64,000 nt of DNA, taken from the NCBI GenBank assembly GCA_903894475.1, contig CAITQH010000508.1, positions 5,387-69,386 on the forward strand, read 5' to 3'. The notes under the pieces are model-generated. The model saw nothing but the letters and a program-made list of their open reading frames with translations. It searched no databases and was not told the DNA's origin. Below are positions 15,779 to 25,353 of the stretch, piece by piece (within the stretch, counting starts at the first letter, position 1; every line of letters starts with the position of its first letter). The DNA is from an uncultured beta proteobacterium (GTDB lineage: Bacteria > Pseudomonadota > Gammaproteobacteria > Burkholderiales > Burkholderiaceae_C). The position numbers and the translations under genes are program-made.

Positions 15779-16392
15779 TCCATTTTTTTCGCAACGCATG
15801 GCAGCAGTTGTCGCTGTATCTGCCGGTGGTCCTGATGGGCCTGCTCGCTTTCGGGACTTACTGGTTGGTTCGCAGCACGCCCCAACTGATGCCCGTCGAT
15901 TCGCCTGTGCCGGCCCGCCATGAAGCGGACTATTTTCTGCGCAAGTTTTCTGTCAGGACCTTTGACGATTCGGGACATCTGAAGAGCGAAGTGGTCGGAG
16001 CCGATGCGCGTCACTTCCCCGACACCGACACACTGGAAATTGACTTTGTCCGAATCCGCTCGTTTGGCGCGGGAGGTCACTTGACTACAGCAACGGCCAA
16101 GCGCGCTGTGACGAATGCTGATGCTTCCGAAGTTGAACTGTTTGGCGACGCGCATGTGGTGCGCGAAGCGCTGGTTGACGCCGCCGGCAACTCTCAACCC
16201 CGCGGTGAATTTCGCGGCGAGTTCCTGCACGCCTTCTTGAAAGCTGAGCGCATCAAGTCGCACAAACCGGTGGAATTGATCCGGGGCAACGATCGATTCA
16301 CCGCAGACAGCCTCGATTTCGACAATGTCGAGCGGGTGCTCCAGCTTAAGGGGCGAGTCAAGGGCACCTTGTTGCCGGGCGCGATTCCGTAG
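15775..16392 (+). CDS. lptC: LPS export protein LptC
   Basis: N-terminal TM followed by a beta-rich periplasmic domain; directly after kdsC. Confidence 0.85.
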   Translation: MIHFFRNAWQQLSLYLPVVLMGLLAFGTYWLVRSTPQLMPVDSPVPARHEADYFLRKFSVRTFDDSGHLKSEVVGADARHFPDTDTLEIDFVRIRSFGAGGHLTTATAKRAVTNADASEVELFGDAHVVREALVDAAGNSQPRGEFRGEFLHAFLKAERIKSHKPVELIRGNDRFTADSLDFDNVERVLQLKGRVKGTLLPGAIP

Positions 16393-16410
16393 TTCAAACC
16401 GGGTGCTCCC

Positions 16411-17187
16411 ATGTCCAGACTGGTATTCATCACCGGCGCTTCCAGTGGAATTGGTCAGGCGCTGGCATGGCAGTTTTACCAGGCAGGGTATTCCTTGGCG
16501 CTGGTGGCGCGCAGAACCGCCCAAATCCAATCCTGGATTGACGAGCGCGATATAGCACCAGAACGCTGCCGGGTTTACGGTGCTGACGTATCGATCACAG
16601 ACCATATCGTGGCTGCCGGGCAGGATTGTCTCGAGAGTCAGGGCCTGCCCGACGTCGTGATCGCCTGCGCCGGAATCAGCGTTGGTGTGGATACGGCTGA
16701 GCGCCAGGATATCGAGGTCATCGCCAGAACTTTTGCCATCAACAATACGGGCACGGCCGCCACTTTTCACCCCTTTTTGCGCGCTATGGTCAAGCGCGGC
16801 TCTGGTGTCCTGGTCGGCATCAGCAGCGTTAACGGTATTCGGGGGTTTCCCGGTCATGGCGCAAACTGTCCGAGCAAGGCCGCCATGATCAGTTATTGTG
16901 AGTGCCTGCGGGGCGAACTTCGTGGCACCGGTGTCAAGGTGGTGACCCTCTGCCCGGGCTACATCGACACCCCCTTGACGCAGAAGAACGCTTACAGCAT
17001 GCCGTTCCTGATGCAGGCCGACCAGTTCGCCGCCAAGGCATGGCGAGCAATAGAAGCGGGTGCCAGCTACCGCGTGATCCCCTGGCAGATGGGCGTGCTG
17101 GCAAAAGTGCTGCGATTGCTGCCCAACAGCTGGTTTGACAAAGCCTTTGCCGGGCGCCCGCGAAAACCGCGCAGCATCGCAAATTGA
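16411..17187 (+). CDS. Short-chain dehydrogenase/reductase (catalytic Tyr position is Asn)
   Basis: 'ITGASSGIG', 'PGYIDT'; the YxxxK motif reads NCPSK. Confidence 0.85.
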   Translation: MSRLVFITGASSGIGQALAWQFYQAGYSLALVARRTAQIQSWIDERDIAPERCRVYGADVSITDHIVAAGQDCLESQGLPDVVIACAGISVGVDTAERQDIEVIARTFAINNTGTAATFHPFLRAMVKRGSGVLVGISSVNGIRGFPGHGANCPSKAAMISYCECLRGELRGTGVKVVTLCPGYIDTPLTQKNAYSMPFLMQADQFAAKAWRAIEAGASYRVIPWQMGVLAKVLRLLPNSWFDKAFAGRPRKPRSIAN

Positions 17188-17194
17188 ACTCATG

Positions 17195-17220
17195 AAAAAA
17201 GGGCCACGAGGGCCCTTTTT
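17195..17220. terminator. Bidirectional intrinsic terminator between the convergent SDR and RRM genes
   Basis: AAAAAAGGGCC-ACGAG-GGCCCTTTTT. Confidence 0.85.
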
Positions 17221-17246
17221 GTCGATCAGTGAATTCCGACCGGTGC

Positions 17247-17675
17247 TTAGTAGCTGCTGCGGCCACCGCCGTAACCGCCACCGCCGCCGCCGCCACTGCG
17301 GCCACCGCCGCCGCCAGCGCCACCGCCGTAACCGCCACCGCCACTGCGGCCGCCGCCAGCGCCACCGCCGTAACCGCCACCACCACCACCGCCGCCGAAG
17401 CCGCCGCCAGTGCGGGGAGGACGGGGTTCCATCGGACGGGCTTCGTTAACCACGAGACCACGACCGCCGTATTGTTGACCGTTCATGCCGCTGATGGCAG
17501 CTTGCGCCTCAGCATCACTGCCCATTTCCACAAAGCCGAAGCCCTTGGAGCGACCGGTATCGCGCTCCATCATGACCTTGGCGCTGGTGACGGTGCCGTG
17601 TGCAGCAAAAGCTTGCTGCAGGTCTTCGTCACGGAAAGTGTAGGGCAGGTTGCCCACGTAAAGTTTGTTGCCCAC
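17247..17675 (-). CDS. RRM RNA-binding protein with Gly-rich tail
   Basis: RNP2 'LYVGNL', RNP1 'KGFGFVEM'; GTG start after GAGGAG RBS; GGYGGG/GRSGG repeats. Confidence 0.93.
   Translation of the reverse strand: MGNKLYVGNLPYTFRDEDLQQAFAAHGTVTSAKVMMERDTGRSKGFGFVEMGSDAEAQAAISGMNGQQYGGRGLVVNEARPMEPRPPRTGGGFGGGGGGGGYGGGAGGGRSGGGGYGGGAGGGGGRSGGGGGGGYGGGRSSY
17260..17410 (-). repeat. Imperfect tandem repeats encoding the Gly-rich tail
   Basis: Recurrent CCACCGCCGTAACCGCCACC and CCACTGCGGCC units. Confidence 0.8.
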
Positions 17676-17889
17676 GAAAGGACTCCTCAAAATGACTCAA
17701 AACGCGATGGAGTCCAAAACCGCAATTAACCCGCAATCAACAAACCAATGTAGACTTAAAGCAGACGCGAAACTGACTAAACACCGCAAACTTGCATAAC
17801 CGATTTTCGGCAATGCCGGTGCATTATGCGTCAAGTTTTATATTTTCACAAATATTTCTGCCAAAGGCGAAAATCAGTGCTAGCGATTT

Positions 17890-19092
17890 TTACCAATTCG
17901 CCTCCCGCTCGGGCGATGAGCTGATTTTGTGAATCGACAGGTCAGCCCCGTCATATTCTTCTTCCTGGCTCAGGCGCAAACCCATGCTTGCCTTGAGCAG
18001 GCTGTATATCAGCAGACCTCCCATCACGGCCCAAATCACGCCCAAGGAGGTGCCAATGAGCTGAGCGCCCAATGCGACGCCTCCCAGACCGCCCAAGGCC
18101 TTACTGCCGAAAATTCCTGCCGCCACGCCGCCCCAGGTGCCGCACAGGCCGTGCAGGGGCCAGACGCCCAGCACATCATCAATCTTCCACTTGTTTTGCG
18201 TCAGGGTGAACATGAAAACGAAGATGCCCCCTGCCACTGCTCCAACGACCAAGGCCCCCAGCGGATGCATCAGGTCCGAACCGGCGCAAACCGCCACCAA
18301 GCCCGCCAGGGGCCCGTTGTGCACAAAACCAGGGTCGTTCTTTCCAGCAATCAGTGCCGCCAGCGTACCGCCCACCATGGCCATCAGTGAATTGACCGCC
18401 ACCAGCCCGGAGATCCTGTCCAGGGTCTGAGCGCTCATCACGTTGAAGCCAAACCATCCAACCGTCAAGATCCAGGCACCCAGCGCAAGGAACGGGATGC
18501 TGGACGGCGGATGGGCCGAGATGGCGCCATCCTTGCGGTAGCGGTTGCTGCGCGCGCCCAGCAGGATGACGGCCGGCAAGGCAATCCAGCCACCCAGAGC
18601 GTGAACCACGACGCTACCGGCAAAATCATGAAATTCCGCGCCTGTGACTGCCTTGATCCAGAGTTGCACGCCGAAGTGCCGGTTCCAGGCGATGCCCTCA
18701 AAGACCGGGTAAATCAAGCCGACAATGACAGCGGTGGCAATCAACTGTGGCCAGAACTTGGCGCGCTCGGCGATACCGCCAGAGATGATGGCAGGAATCG
18801 CGGCGGCAAAAGTCAGCAGGAAGAAGAATTTGACCAGCTCGTAGCCATTCTTGGCCGCCAATTGCTCCGCGCCAACAAAAAAGCTGGTGCCGTAAGCCAC
18901 GCTGTAGCCGATCACAAAATACACAACGGCGGAGACCGAAAAGTCGACCAGAATCTTGACCAGCGCGTTGACCTGGTTTTTGCGGCGGACGGTGCCCAGC
19001 TCCAGAAACGCAAATCCAGCGTGCATGGCCAGCACCATGACGGCGCCCAAGAGAATGAACAGGGCGTCTGCGCCCTGTTTTAGTGCTTCCAT
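17890..19092 (-). CDS. amt: Ammonium transporter (Amt family)
   Basis: 'DFAGSVVVH', 'GWFGFN', 'DDVLGVWPLHG' (both pore His present). Confidence 0.93.
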   Translation of the reverse strand: MEALKQGADALFILLGAVMVLAMHAGFAFLELGTVRRKNQVNALVKILVDFSVSAVVYFVIGYSVAYGTSFFVGAEQLAAKNGYELVKFFFLLTFAAAIPAIISGGIAERAKFWPQLIATAVIVGLIYPVFEGIAWNRHFGVQLWIKAVTGAEFHDFAGSVVVHALGGWIALPAVILLGARSNRYRKDGAISAHPPSSIPFLALGAWILTVGWFGFNVMSAQTLDRISGLVAVNSLMAMVGGTLAALIAGKNDPGFVHNGPLAGLVAVCAGSDLMHPLGALVVGAVAGGIFVFMFTLTQNKWKIDDVLGVWPLHGLCGTWGGVAAGIFGSKALGGLGGVALGAQLIGTSLGVIWAVMGGLLIYSLLKASMGLRLSQEEEYDGADLSIHKISSSPEREANW

Positions 19093-19165
19093 GAAAACCT
19101 CTTTGAATGAAATGGGTTGTATTGGTGCGTAAATGCGGTCAAAGCCAACAACGCACCAAACCAAA

Positions 19166-19180
19166 GCAAAAAACGCGCCA
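19166..19180 (-). promoter_or_regulatory. Putative sigma54 (-24/-12) promoter of amt
   Basis: Minus strand TGGCGC-GTTTT-TTGC with exact -24/-12 spacing; NtrC-like GCACCA half-sites nearby. Confidence 0.65.
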
Positions 19181-19272
19181 AAATCGACCTGCCGACACCA
19201 GTTTTGTGCGGCACCTTTTTGTATCAGCTGAGGCGGCGCCGGCAGCAGTCTTTGCTGGCGGGGCGTACCCGT

Positions 19273-19301
19273 TTGCCGAGCGAGGACAGGGTTGATATAC
19301 T
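19273..19301 (+). promoter_or_regulatory. Putative sigma70 promoter of metXW
   Basis: TTGCCG-N17-TATACT; predicted start ~19308 coincides with the riboswitch 5' end. Confidence 0.65.
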
Positions 19302-19306
19302 GGACA

Positions 19307-19356
19307 GGCGCCGATTTGCTACAGCTTGCGGGCGCTTAATAAGTTCAGCTAAAGAC
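19307..19356 (+). ncRNA. SAM-II (SAM-alpha type) riboswitch aptamer
   Basis: GCGCCGATTTG...TTGCGGGCGC...ATAA..CAGCTAAAG matches the SAM-II consensus pattern; directly upstream of metX. Confidence 0.8.
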
Positions 19357-19363
19357 GCTCGCC

Positions 19364-19400
19364 AACCCGGCCTCGCCTTTAGCGCCGCCGGGTTTTTATT
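19364..19400 (+). terminator. Intrinsic terminator of the riboswitch expression platform
   Basis: AACCCGGC...GCCGGGTT followed by TTTATT. Confidence 0.7.
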
Positions 19401-19402
19401 TG

Positions 19403-20617
19403 ATGAATGCCACGCCACAGTCGATGCACTTCGCAGCCGTCTTGCCCTTGCAAAGCGGCGCGCAGATTCACGACTATGCGTTGAGCTTTGAGACTTACGG
19501 CCGGCTCAACGCGGATAGATCAAATGTCGTGCTGATCTGCCACGCACTCAATGCCTCTCACCACGTAGCTGGCGTCTATGCCGGGCAGGACAAGTCCGAA
19601 GGCTGGTGGGACAACATGATCGGCCCGGGCAAGCCGCTCGACACGGAAAAGTTCTTCGTCATCGGCGTCAATAACCTGGGCTCCTGCTTTGGCTCTACCG
19701 GTCCCATGCACATCAACCCCGACACGGGGCGCGTTTATGGGGCTGATTTTCCTGTCGTTACGGTGGAAGACTGGGTCAATGCTCAGGCACGTTTGCTGGA
19801 TGCGCTGGGAATCACGACCTTGGCCGCGGTGATGGGCGGCTCCTTGGGCGGCATGCAGGCCCTAAGCTGGACGCTGCAATACCCAGAGCGCGTGCGCCAC
19901 GCGGTGGTCGTGGCGAGCGCCCCGAACTTGACGGCCGAGAACATTGCCTTCAATGAAGTGGCACGTCGCGCCATCGTGACCGATCCCGACTTTCATGGAG
20001 GTCATTTCTATGACCGTGGCGTTATCCCGAAGCGTGGGCTGCGGATTGCCCGCATGATCGGTCACATCACCTACCTCAGTGACGACGTGATGAATGAAAA
20101 ATTCGGACGGCAACTGCGCTCGGCCCTTGGACAGAAGACCAGTTTCGACGCAGGGCCGCCCCAAGGCGAAACCGCCCCGACGGGGGGCAGTGCAGTACGC
20201 GCAGCGACAAACGTGGGGGCCTATCTCTACAGCACGCAGGAAGTCGAATTCCAGATCGAAAGTTATCTGCGCCACCAGGGGGACAAGTTTGCCGAGTACT
20301 TCGACGCGAATACCTATTTGCTGATCACGCGCGCACTCGACTACTTCGACCCGGCTCGCGATCACGGTGGCGACCTCAGTCAGGCCTTAGCCCGTGCCAC
20401 CAGCAAATTCCTGCTGGTGAGCTTTACCACCGACTGGCGGTTTGCCCCCAAACGCAGCCGTGAGATCGTCAAGGCGCTGCTCGATAACCGGCGCGATGTC
20501 AGCTACGCCGAAATTGACGCGCCGCACGGGCATGACGCATTCCTGCTGGACGATCCTCGCTATCTCTGCCTTGTTCGCTCGTATTTCGACGGCATCCTCA
20601 AGGAGCTCGCAACATGA
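19403..20617 (+). CDS. metX: Homoserine O-acyltransferase MetX, carrying an in-frame repeat insertion
   Basis: 'CHALNASHH', 'GGSLGGMQA', 'TTDWRF', 'HGHDAFLL'. Confidence 0.95.
   Translation: MNATPQSMHFAAVLPLQSGAQIHDYALSFETYGRLNADRSNVVLICHALNASHHVAGVYAGQDKSEGWWDNMIGPGKPLDTEKFFVIGVNNLGSCFGSTGPMHINPDTGRVYGADFPVVTVEDWVNAQARLLDALGITTLAAVMGGSLGGMQALSWTLQYPERVRHAVVVASAPNLTAENIAFNEVARRAIVTDPDFHGGHFYDRGVIPKRGLRIARMIGHITYLSDDVMNEKFGRQLRSALGQKTSFDAGPPQGETAPTGGSAVRAATNVGAYLYSTQEVEFQIESYLRHQGDKFAEYFDANTYLLITRALDYFDPARDHGGDLSQALARATSKFLLVSFTTDWRFAPKRSREIVKALLDNRRDVSYAEIDAPHGHDAFLLDDPRYLCLVRSYFDGILKELAT
20149..20220 (+). repeat. 72-bp palindromic element (family A) inserted in-frame in metX
   Basis: Shares 18-, 11- and 11-nt identical blocks with the reverse complement of 57862-57934. 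Confidence 0.85.
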
Positions 20618-21195
20618 GCGATGCAGCCACCATGGAAACCATTGCACGACTGGTGCCGCTTGGCTCGCGTGTGCTTGATCTGGGTTGTGGTGATGGTGCC
20701 ATGCTGGCTTACCTGAAAGAAGCGCGGCATTGCACGGGCTACGGCATTGAGATCGATGATGCCAATGTGCTCGCCTGCGCCCAGCGCGGGGTCAATGTGA
20801 TCCAGCTCAATCTGGACGAGGGTCTGTCCCTGTTTGATGACGCCACTTTTGACGTCGTGCTGCAAATCGATACCTTGCAACATCTGCGCAACGCTGAAGT
20901 CATGCTGCGGGAAACAGTGCGCGTTGGTCGCATCGGTGTCGTTGCCTTTCCGAATTTTGCGCACTGGCCGAACCGTCTGAGTGTGCTGCGTGGGCGCATG
21001 CCGGTAACGCGGCGCCTGCCTTACCAGTGGTACGACACGCCCAATATCCGTGTTGGCACGCACGCCGATCTGGCCCTGCTGGCGCAGCGCAGCAATTTGC
21101 GCGTGCTCGACAGCTTCGGGATTGAGGACGGCAAAACGATCCGCTTTGCGCCCAATCTGCGCGCCGGAACCTCGGTCTACACCCTGTCGCGTTAA
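20614..21195 (+). CDS. metW: Methionine biosynthesis protein MetW
   Basis: 'VLDLGCGDG', 'FPNFAHW', '[12 protein letters not shown]'. Confidence 0.93.
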   Translation: MSDAATMETIARLVPLGSRVLDLGCGDGAMLAYLKEARHCTGYGIEIDDANVLACAQRGVNVIQLNLDEGLSLFDDATFDVVLQIDTLQHLRNAEVMLRETVRVGRIGVVAFPNFAHWPNRLSVLRGRMPVTRRLPYQWYDTPNIRVGTHADLALLAQRSNLRVLDSFGIEDGKTIRFAPNLRAGTSVYTLSR

Positions 21196-21887
21196 ACGGC
21201 TTTGTTTTCCGAATCGACGTCAGCCAGGAAGTCAGCCGACTGCAACTCGCCTGACAGGCTGTTGCCGGGCATCGGGCTGGTGTAGATCTGGCGAAAAGTC
21301 GCCACCATCTCTGCCAGGGGCAGATCGTTAAAAGTGCCGCGCTGTCGCACGTACTCCATGTGCCGGTTGCCCGCGCGGTCAAACGGGTGATAAATCGAAT
21401 CCTGGATACCGTCAAATTCGAGTGGCAGCAAGCCAAACTTCTCGCACAACTCGATATTGAAAGCGGGCGTAGCTTTGCGCCAGGCACCGTCCAGCCAGAG
21501 GTCAGCATAGCCATGCCAGGCGAAAACATCGGTCTTCATGGCCTGGCGCAGGCGCTCCGTGGCCAGGTGGTTGAGCACGTCGGCAAACCCCAGACGAGCG
21601 GGAATCCCAATGGCGCGGCAGCTCGCCACCAAGAGCGAGGCCTTGTTGACACACCAACCATAGCCGGTTGCCAGCACCGTGCTGGCCGTCATGCCAAAAG
21701 GGGACAAATCGAGGCGGTAAGGGTCGTATCGAAAACCATCCCGCACGGCATAGTACAAGGCCACAGCGCGCTGGCGATCGTCGCTGCCTAAGGCATGCTT
21801 CTGAGCAAAGGCGTGAACCGCCGGATGATCACTGTCGATCAGCGTGGTCGCTTTGAGCGTTTCTGGATCGGGCAATGTCGGGTTCAT
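21192..21887 (-). CDS. Transglutaminase-like domain protein
   Basis: 'YYAVRDGFRYDPY', 'GWCVNKA', 'WHGY'. Confidence 0.8.
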   Translation of the reverse strand: MNPTLPDPETLKATTLIDSDHPAVHAFAQKHALGSDDRQRAVALYYAVRDGFRYDPYRLDLSPFGMTASTVLATGYGWCVNKASLLVASCRAIGIPARLGFADVLNHLATERLRQAMKTDVFAWHGYADLWLDGAWRKATPAFNIELCEKFGLLPLEFDGIQDSIYHPFDRAGNRHMEYVRQRGTFNDLPLAEMVATFRQIYTSPMPGNSLSGELQSADFLADVDSENKAV

Positions 21888-21988
21888 GTTGGGCACGGGT
21901 TTGGCATAAAAGCGATTCTATCGACGCTCGTGCCGGGAAGTCGACCCGCACTGTATATTGCGTGAATTCATCACATGAAGGGCACATC

Positions 21989-23389
21989 ATGACACGCGCA
22001 CAGGCCATTGGGCTGGCACAAGTGCAGTTCGACTCCGGCGCGTTCCGCCAGACCCTGGCGCGACGCATCGCGATGGCCACCGAGAGCCAGAACCCGCAGC
22101 GCGCTGCCGAACTGGACGCCTACCTGGACACCGAACTGCGCCCAGCGCTGGAAGCGATGGGTTTTGCTTGCCAGACCTTGATGCACCCGCAGGCCGCGGC
22201 ACCTTTCCTTTTTGCACAGCGAATGGAAGACGCTAGCCTGCCCACGGTCTTTGGCTATGGGCACGGCGATGTGATTCGGGGTCAGGAGGCGCAGTGGACA
22301 GACGGTCTGTCCCCCTGGCAGTTGAGTGAACGCAGCGGTCGTTGGTATGGCCGCGGCATCGCTGACAACAAGGGCCAGCATTCGGTCAATCTGCAGGCCT
22401 TGGCCAATGTGCTGCGCTCGCGCGGCAAACTTGGCTTTAACGCCAAAATGTTGATTGAAATGGGCGAGGAGGTCGGCTCTCCCGGCTTGCGCGGGCTATG
22501 TGAGGAGCACAAGGACCTGTTCCGGGCCGATGTCATGATCGCCTCCGATGGTCCGCGTCTGCGCCTCGAGCGCCCCACCGTGTTCCTGGGCTCGCGTGGT
22601 TGTCTCAACTTCGACCTCAGCATCGAAGCGCGGCAAAGCGCGCATCACTCGGGCAACTGGGGTGGACTGATTTCGAACCCCGGCATTCAACTGGCGCACG
22701 CCATTGCCAGCATCGTTTCTAGCAGTGGGCAAATTCGAATTTCCGAGTGGCTGCCAGCGCAGCTGCCAGACGTTGTGCGGCGCGCTCTGGCGGACTGCGA
22801 AGTCGATGGTGGTGCGGACGGACCTGGCATCGAGCCGCTTTGGGGCGAGCCGGGCTTGTCGCCGGCCGAGCGCGTCTTTGGCTGGTGCTCGTTTGAAGTG
22901 CTGGCCTGCAAGGTCGGCAACCCGGAGGCGCCGGTCAACGCGATACCGCCGCGGGCCTGGGCGCGCTGCCAACTGCGCTTTGTCGTCGGCATCGATGCGC
23001 ACGACATCCTGCCGGCGCTGCTTCGCCATCTGGATCATCATGGGTTTTCTATGGTCCAGATAGAGTCGGTGCGCGCCGAAATGTCGCAAGCCACGCGCCT
23101 GGATCCGGACGATCCCTGGGTCCAGTGGACGCTCAGGTCCATCGAAGCCAGCAGCGGGAAGAAGCCTGCTTTGCTGCCCAATCTGGGCGGCTCCCTGCCC
23201 AACGATATTTTTGCTGACATCCTCGGTCTGCCGACGATCTGGGTGCCGCATTCCTACCCGGGCTGTTCGCAGCACGCTCCCGATGAGCATCTGCCGGCCG
23301 CTTTGTTGCGTGAAGCCTTGAGCATCATGACCGGCCTGTACTGGGACCTGGGAGACGGCAATACACCGCACCGTTCTTCAACTGAATAA
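21989..23389 (+). CDS. M20 family metallopeptidase (DapE/ArgE-like)
   Basis: 'YGHGDV', 'GRGIADNKG', 'MGEEVGS', 'QHAPDEH'. Confidence 0.88.
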   Translation: MTRAQAIGLAQVQFDSGAFRQTLARRIAMATESQNPQRAAELDAYLDTELRPALEAMGFACQTLMHPQAAAPFLFAQRMEDASLPTVFGYGHGDVIRGQEAQWTDGLSPWQLSERSGRWYGRGIADNKGQHSVNLQALANVLRSRGKLGFNAKMLIEMGEEVGSPGLRGLCEEHKDLFRADVMIASDGPRLRLERPTVFLGSRGCLNFDLSIEARQSAHHSGNWGGLISNPGIQLAHAIASIVSSSGQIRISEWLPAQLPDVVRRALADCEVDGGADGPGIEPLWGEPGLSPAERVFGWCSFEVLACKVGNPEAPVNAIPPRAWARCQLRFVVGIDAHDILPALLRHLDHHGFSMVQIESVRAEMSQATRLDPDDPWVQWTLRSIEASSGKKPALLPNLGGSLPNDIFADILGLPTIWVPHSYPGCSQHAPDEHLPAALLREALSIMTGLYWDLGDGNTPHRSSTE

Positions 23390-23407
23390 CACGAAAGATT
23401 GCCAACC

Positions 23408-24598
23408 ATGAACACGAAATTCAAGCCTCATTGCCAAGTCTCGGATCTGGTAGATTCGCAGGACTTTTTGACGCGGATCCGCCACCAGTTGCATCGCAAT
23501 CCCGAGCTTTCTTTCAAGGAGGCGGCCACGGCAGAACTGGTGGCCCTGCGCCTGAACGAATGGGGTTATGAAGTCACGCGCAATATCGGCGGACACGGCG
23601 TGGTCGGCCGACTGCGGCACGGTGAAGGAACGCGCAGCGTCAGCTTGCGCGCCGACATGGACGCGCTGCCCATCCTGGAGGAAAACAGCAGCGCTCACGC
23701 GAGCAGGAACGCGGGCGTCATGCACGCCTGCGGGCACGACGGTCATACCACCATGCTGTTAGGCGCTGCGCGTCACCTGGCAGCAAGCCGCAATTTCTCT
23801 GGCACCGTGAATCTGATTTTCCAGCCGGCAGAAGAAGCCGGACACGACAGCGGCGCCCAGCGCATGATTGCCGACGGCCTGTTTGAGCGCTTCCCGTGTG
23901 ACGCCATTTTCGGCCTGCACAACCACCCCGGCTACCCGGTGGGAACCTTCATGTTTGGCAGCGGACCCTTCATGTCAGCGTCCGACAGGGTATTCATCAC
24001 CGTCCACGGGCGTGGCGGCCATGCGGCGCGTCCGCACATGACGGTCGATCCGATCCTGATCGCCGGCAGCCTGGTGATGGCACTGCAAAGCGTGGTGTCG
24101 CGCAACATCGATCCGACGCAGACCGCCATCGTGACTGTTGGCACGCTCAACGCCGGCGTTGCGTCCAATGTCATTCCGGAGAGTGCCAGCATGAGCTTGA
24201 GTGTGCGCTCCTTCAGCGCCGAGGTGCGCGAACGTCTGCAGCAGCGCATCACCGAACTGGTGACGCTGCATGTGCAGGGCTATGGCGGCACGGTCAAGAT
24301 CGACTATGAGCAGGGATACCCGGTGCTGGTCAACAGCGTGGCCGAAACCGCATTCGCGTTGCAGGTAGCGAGCGAACTGGTCGGAGTGGAGCACACAGTT
24401 TCGCCTTTCGGTCCTGTGACTGGCAGTGAAGATTTTGCCTACTATCTGCAGCACAGGCCGGGCTGTTTTCTGCGCCTTGGCAACGGCGAAGACAGCGCCA
24501 TGGTGCACAACGCCAGATACGATTTCAACGACCAGAATCTCACCGTAGGCGCCGCTTACTGGACACGACTGGCAGAGCGATTTCTGGCACAACCCTGA
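23408..24598 (+). CDS. M20D amidohydrolase (hippurate hydrolase/Acy1-like)
   Basis: 'HRNPELSFKE', 'LRADMDALP', 'MHACGHDGH', 'FQPAEE', 'GSEDF'. Confidence 0.9.
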   Translation: MNTKFKPHCQVSDLVDSQDFLTRIRHQLHRNPELSFKEAATAELVALRLNEWGYEVTRNIGGHGVVGRLRHGEGTRSVSLRADMDALPILEENSSAHASRNAGVMHACGHDGHTTMLLGAARHLAASRNFSGTVNLIFQPAEEAGHDSGAQRMIADGLFERFPCDAIFGLHNHPGYPVGTFMFGSGPFMSASDRVFITVHGRGGHAARPHMTVDPILIAGSLVMALQSVVSRNIDPTQTAIVTVGTLNAGVASNVIPESASMSLSVRSFSAEVRERLQQRITELVTLHVQGYGGTVKIDYEQGYPVLVNSVAETAFALQVASELVGVEHTVSPFGPVTGSEDFAYYLQHRPGCFLRLGNGEDSAMVHNARYDFNDQNLTVGAAYWTRLAERFLAQP

Positions 24599-24683
24599 CG
24601 CTCCGGGTATTCACTGATGGCCCAGGCCTGACGCAACCGTACACTTGTGTATTGAATTTGGCAGGCATGGAGAACTCTGAAAA

Positions 24684-25301
24684 ATGACGCTGTTCATTGG
24701 CATCACCGCTCCTTTGCTGGTGCTCTACTTCCTCTTTCTGACATGGTACGGCGGCAAAGGCAAGTCATTGCGGCCCGATGAAATCGAGGCTTTTTTCAAT
24801 ACCCTGGGAAAGATGAACCTGAGCGAAAGCGAGAAGGAAATCATCCCGGAAATTCGCTGCTTGCTGGCCAAAGACGATGGCCAGGAGTTTGTCATGCAAA
24901 ACCTGGCGCGCTACCGCCCCAAGGCTTTGTACCCTGCTGGTTACGACTACAACGATGATGCCCGGGCGGCCGACCGGCGTTACGGCAAAGCCATCATTCT
25001 GCCCTTGCTGCGCCAGGGCAGCCTGCCGGTCTTCTTTGCCCGACGCAGCGGCAGCTTCATCGAGCCCGAAGGCGCCGATGTCTGGCATTACGTTGCCATG
25101 GTGCGCTACCGCAGTCGGCGAGATTTTCTCGGCTTTGTGCTGGCGGTTCAAACCCAGGACATTACGGTTCACAAATGGGCGGCGCTGGAGAAGACCCATG
25201 TTTTTCCGGTCAAGCCCATAGTCAGTCTGCTTTTTGTGCGCAGCATGGTGGCAGGTCTGTTCATGCTGGTGTCCGCAGTCCTGCTATTGCTGCTGCGCTA
25301 G
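24684..25301 (+). CDS. Hypothetical membrane-anchored protein (possibly DUF1330-like)
   Basis: TM segments at both ends; 'WHYVAMVRYRSRRDF'; GGAG RBS. Confidence 0.6.
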   Translation: MTLFIGITAPLLVLYFLFLTWYGGKGKSLRPDEIEAFFNTLGKMNLSESEKEIIPEIRCLLAKDDGQEFVMQNLARYRPKALYPAGYDYNDDARAADRRYGKAIILPLLRQGSLPVFFARRSGSFIEPEGADVWHYVAMVRYRSRRDFLGFVLAVQTQDITVHKWAALEKTHVFPVKPIVSLLFVRSMVAGLFMLVSAVLLLLLR

Positions 25302-25353
25302 CAAGGTTTTGTGCGGTGCACTCGATGATTGCCAGACGCAAGAGACATTAACA

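Noticed and set aside
17229-17729. Ala/Thr-rich + strand ORF
   Set aside because: Antisense reading of the Gly-repeat RRM gene.
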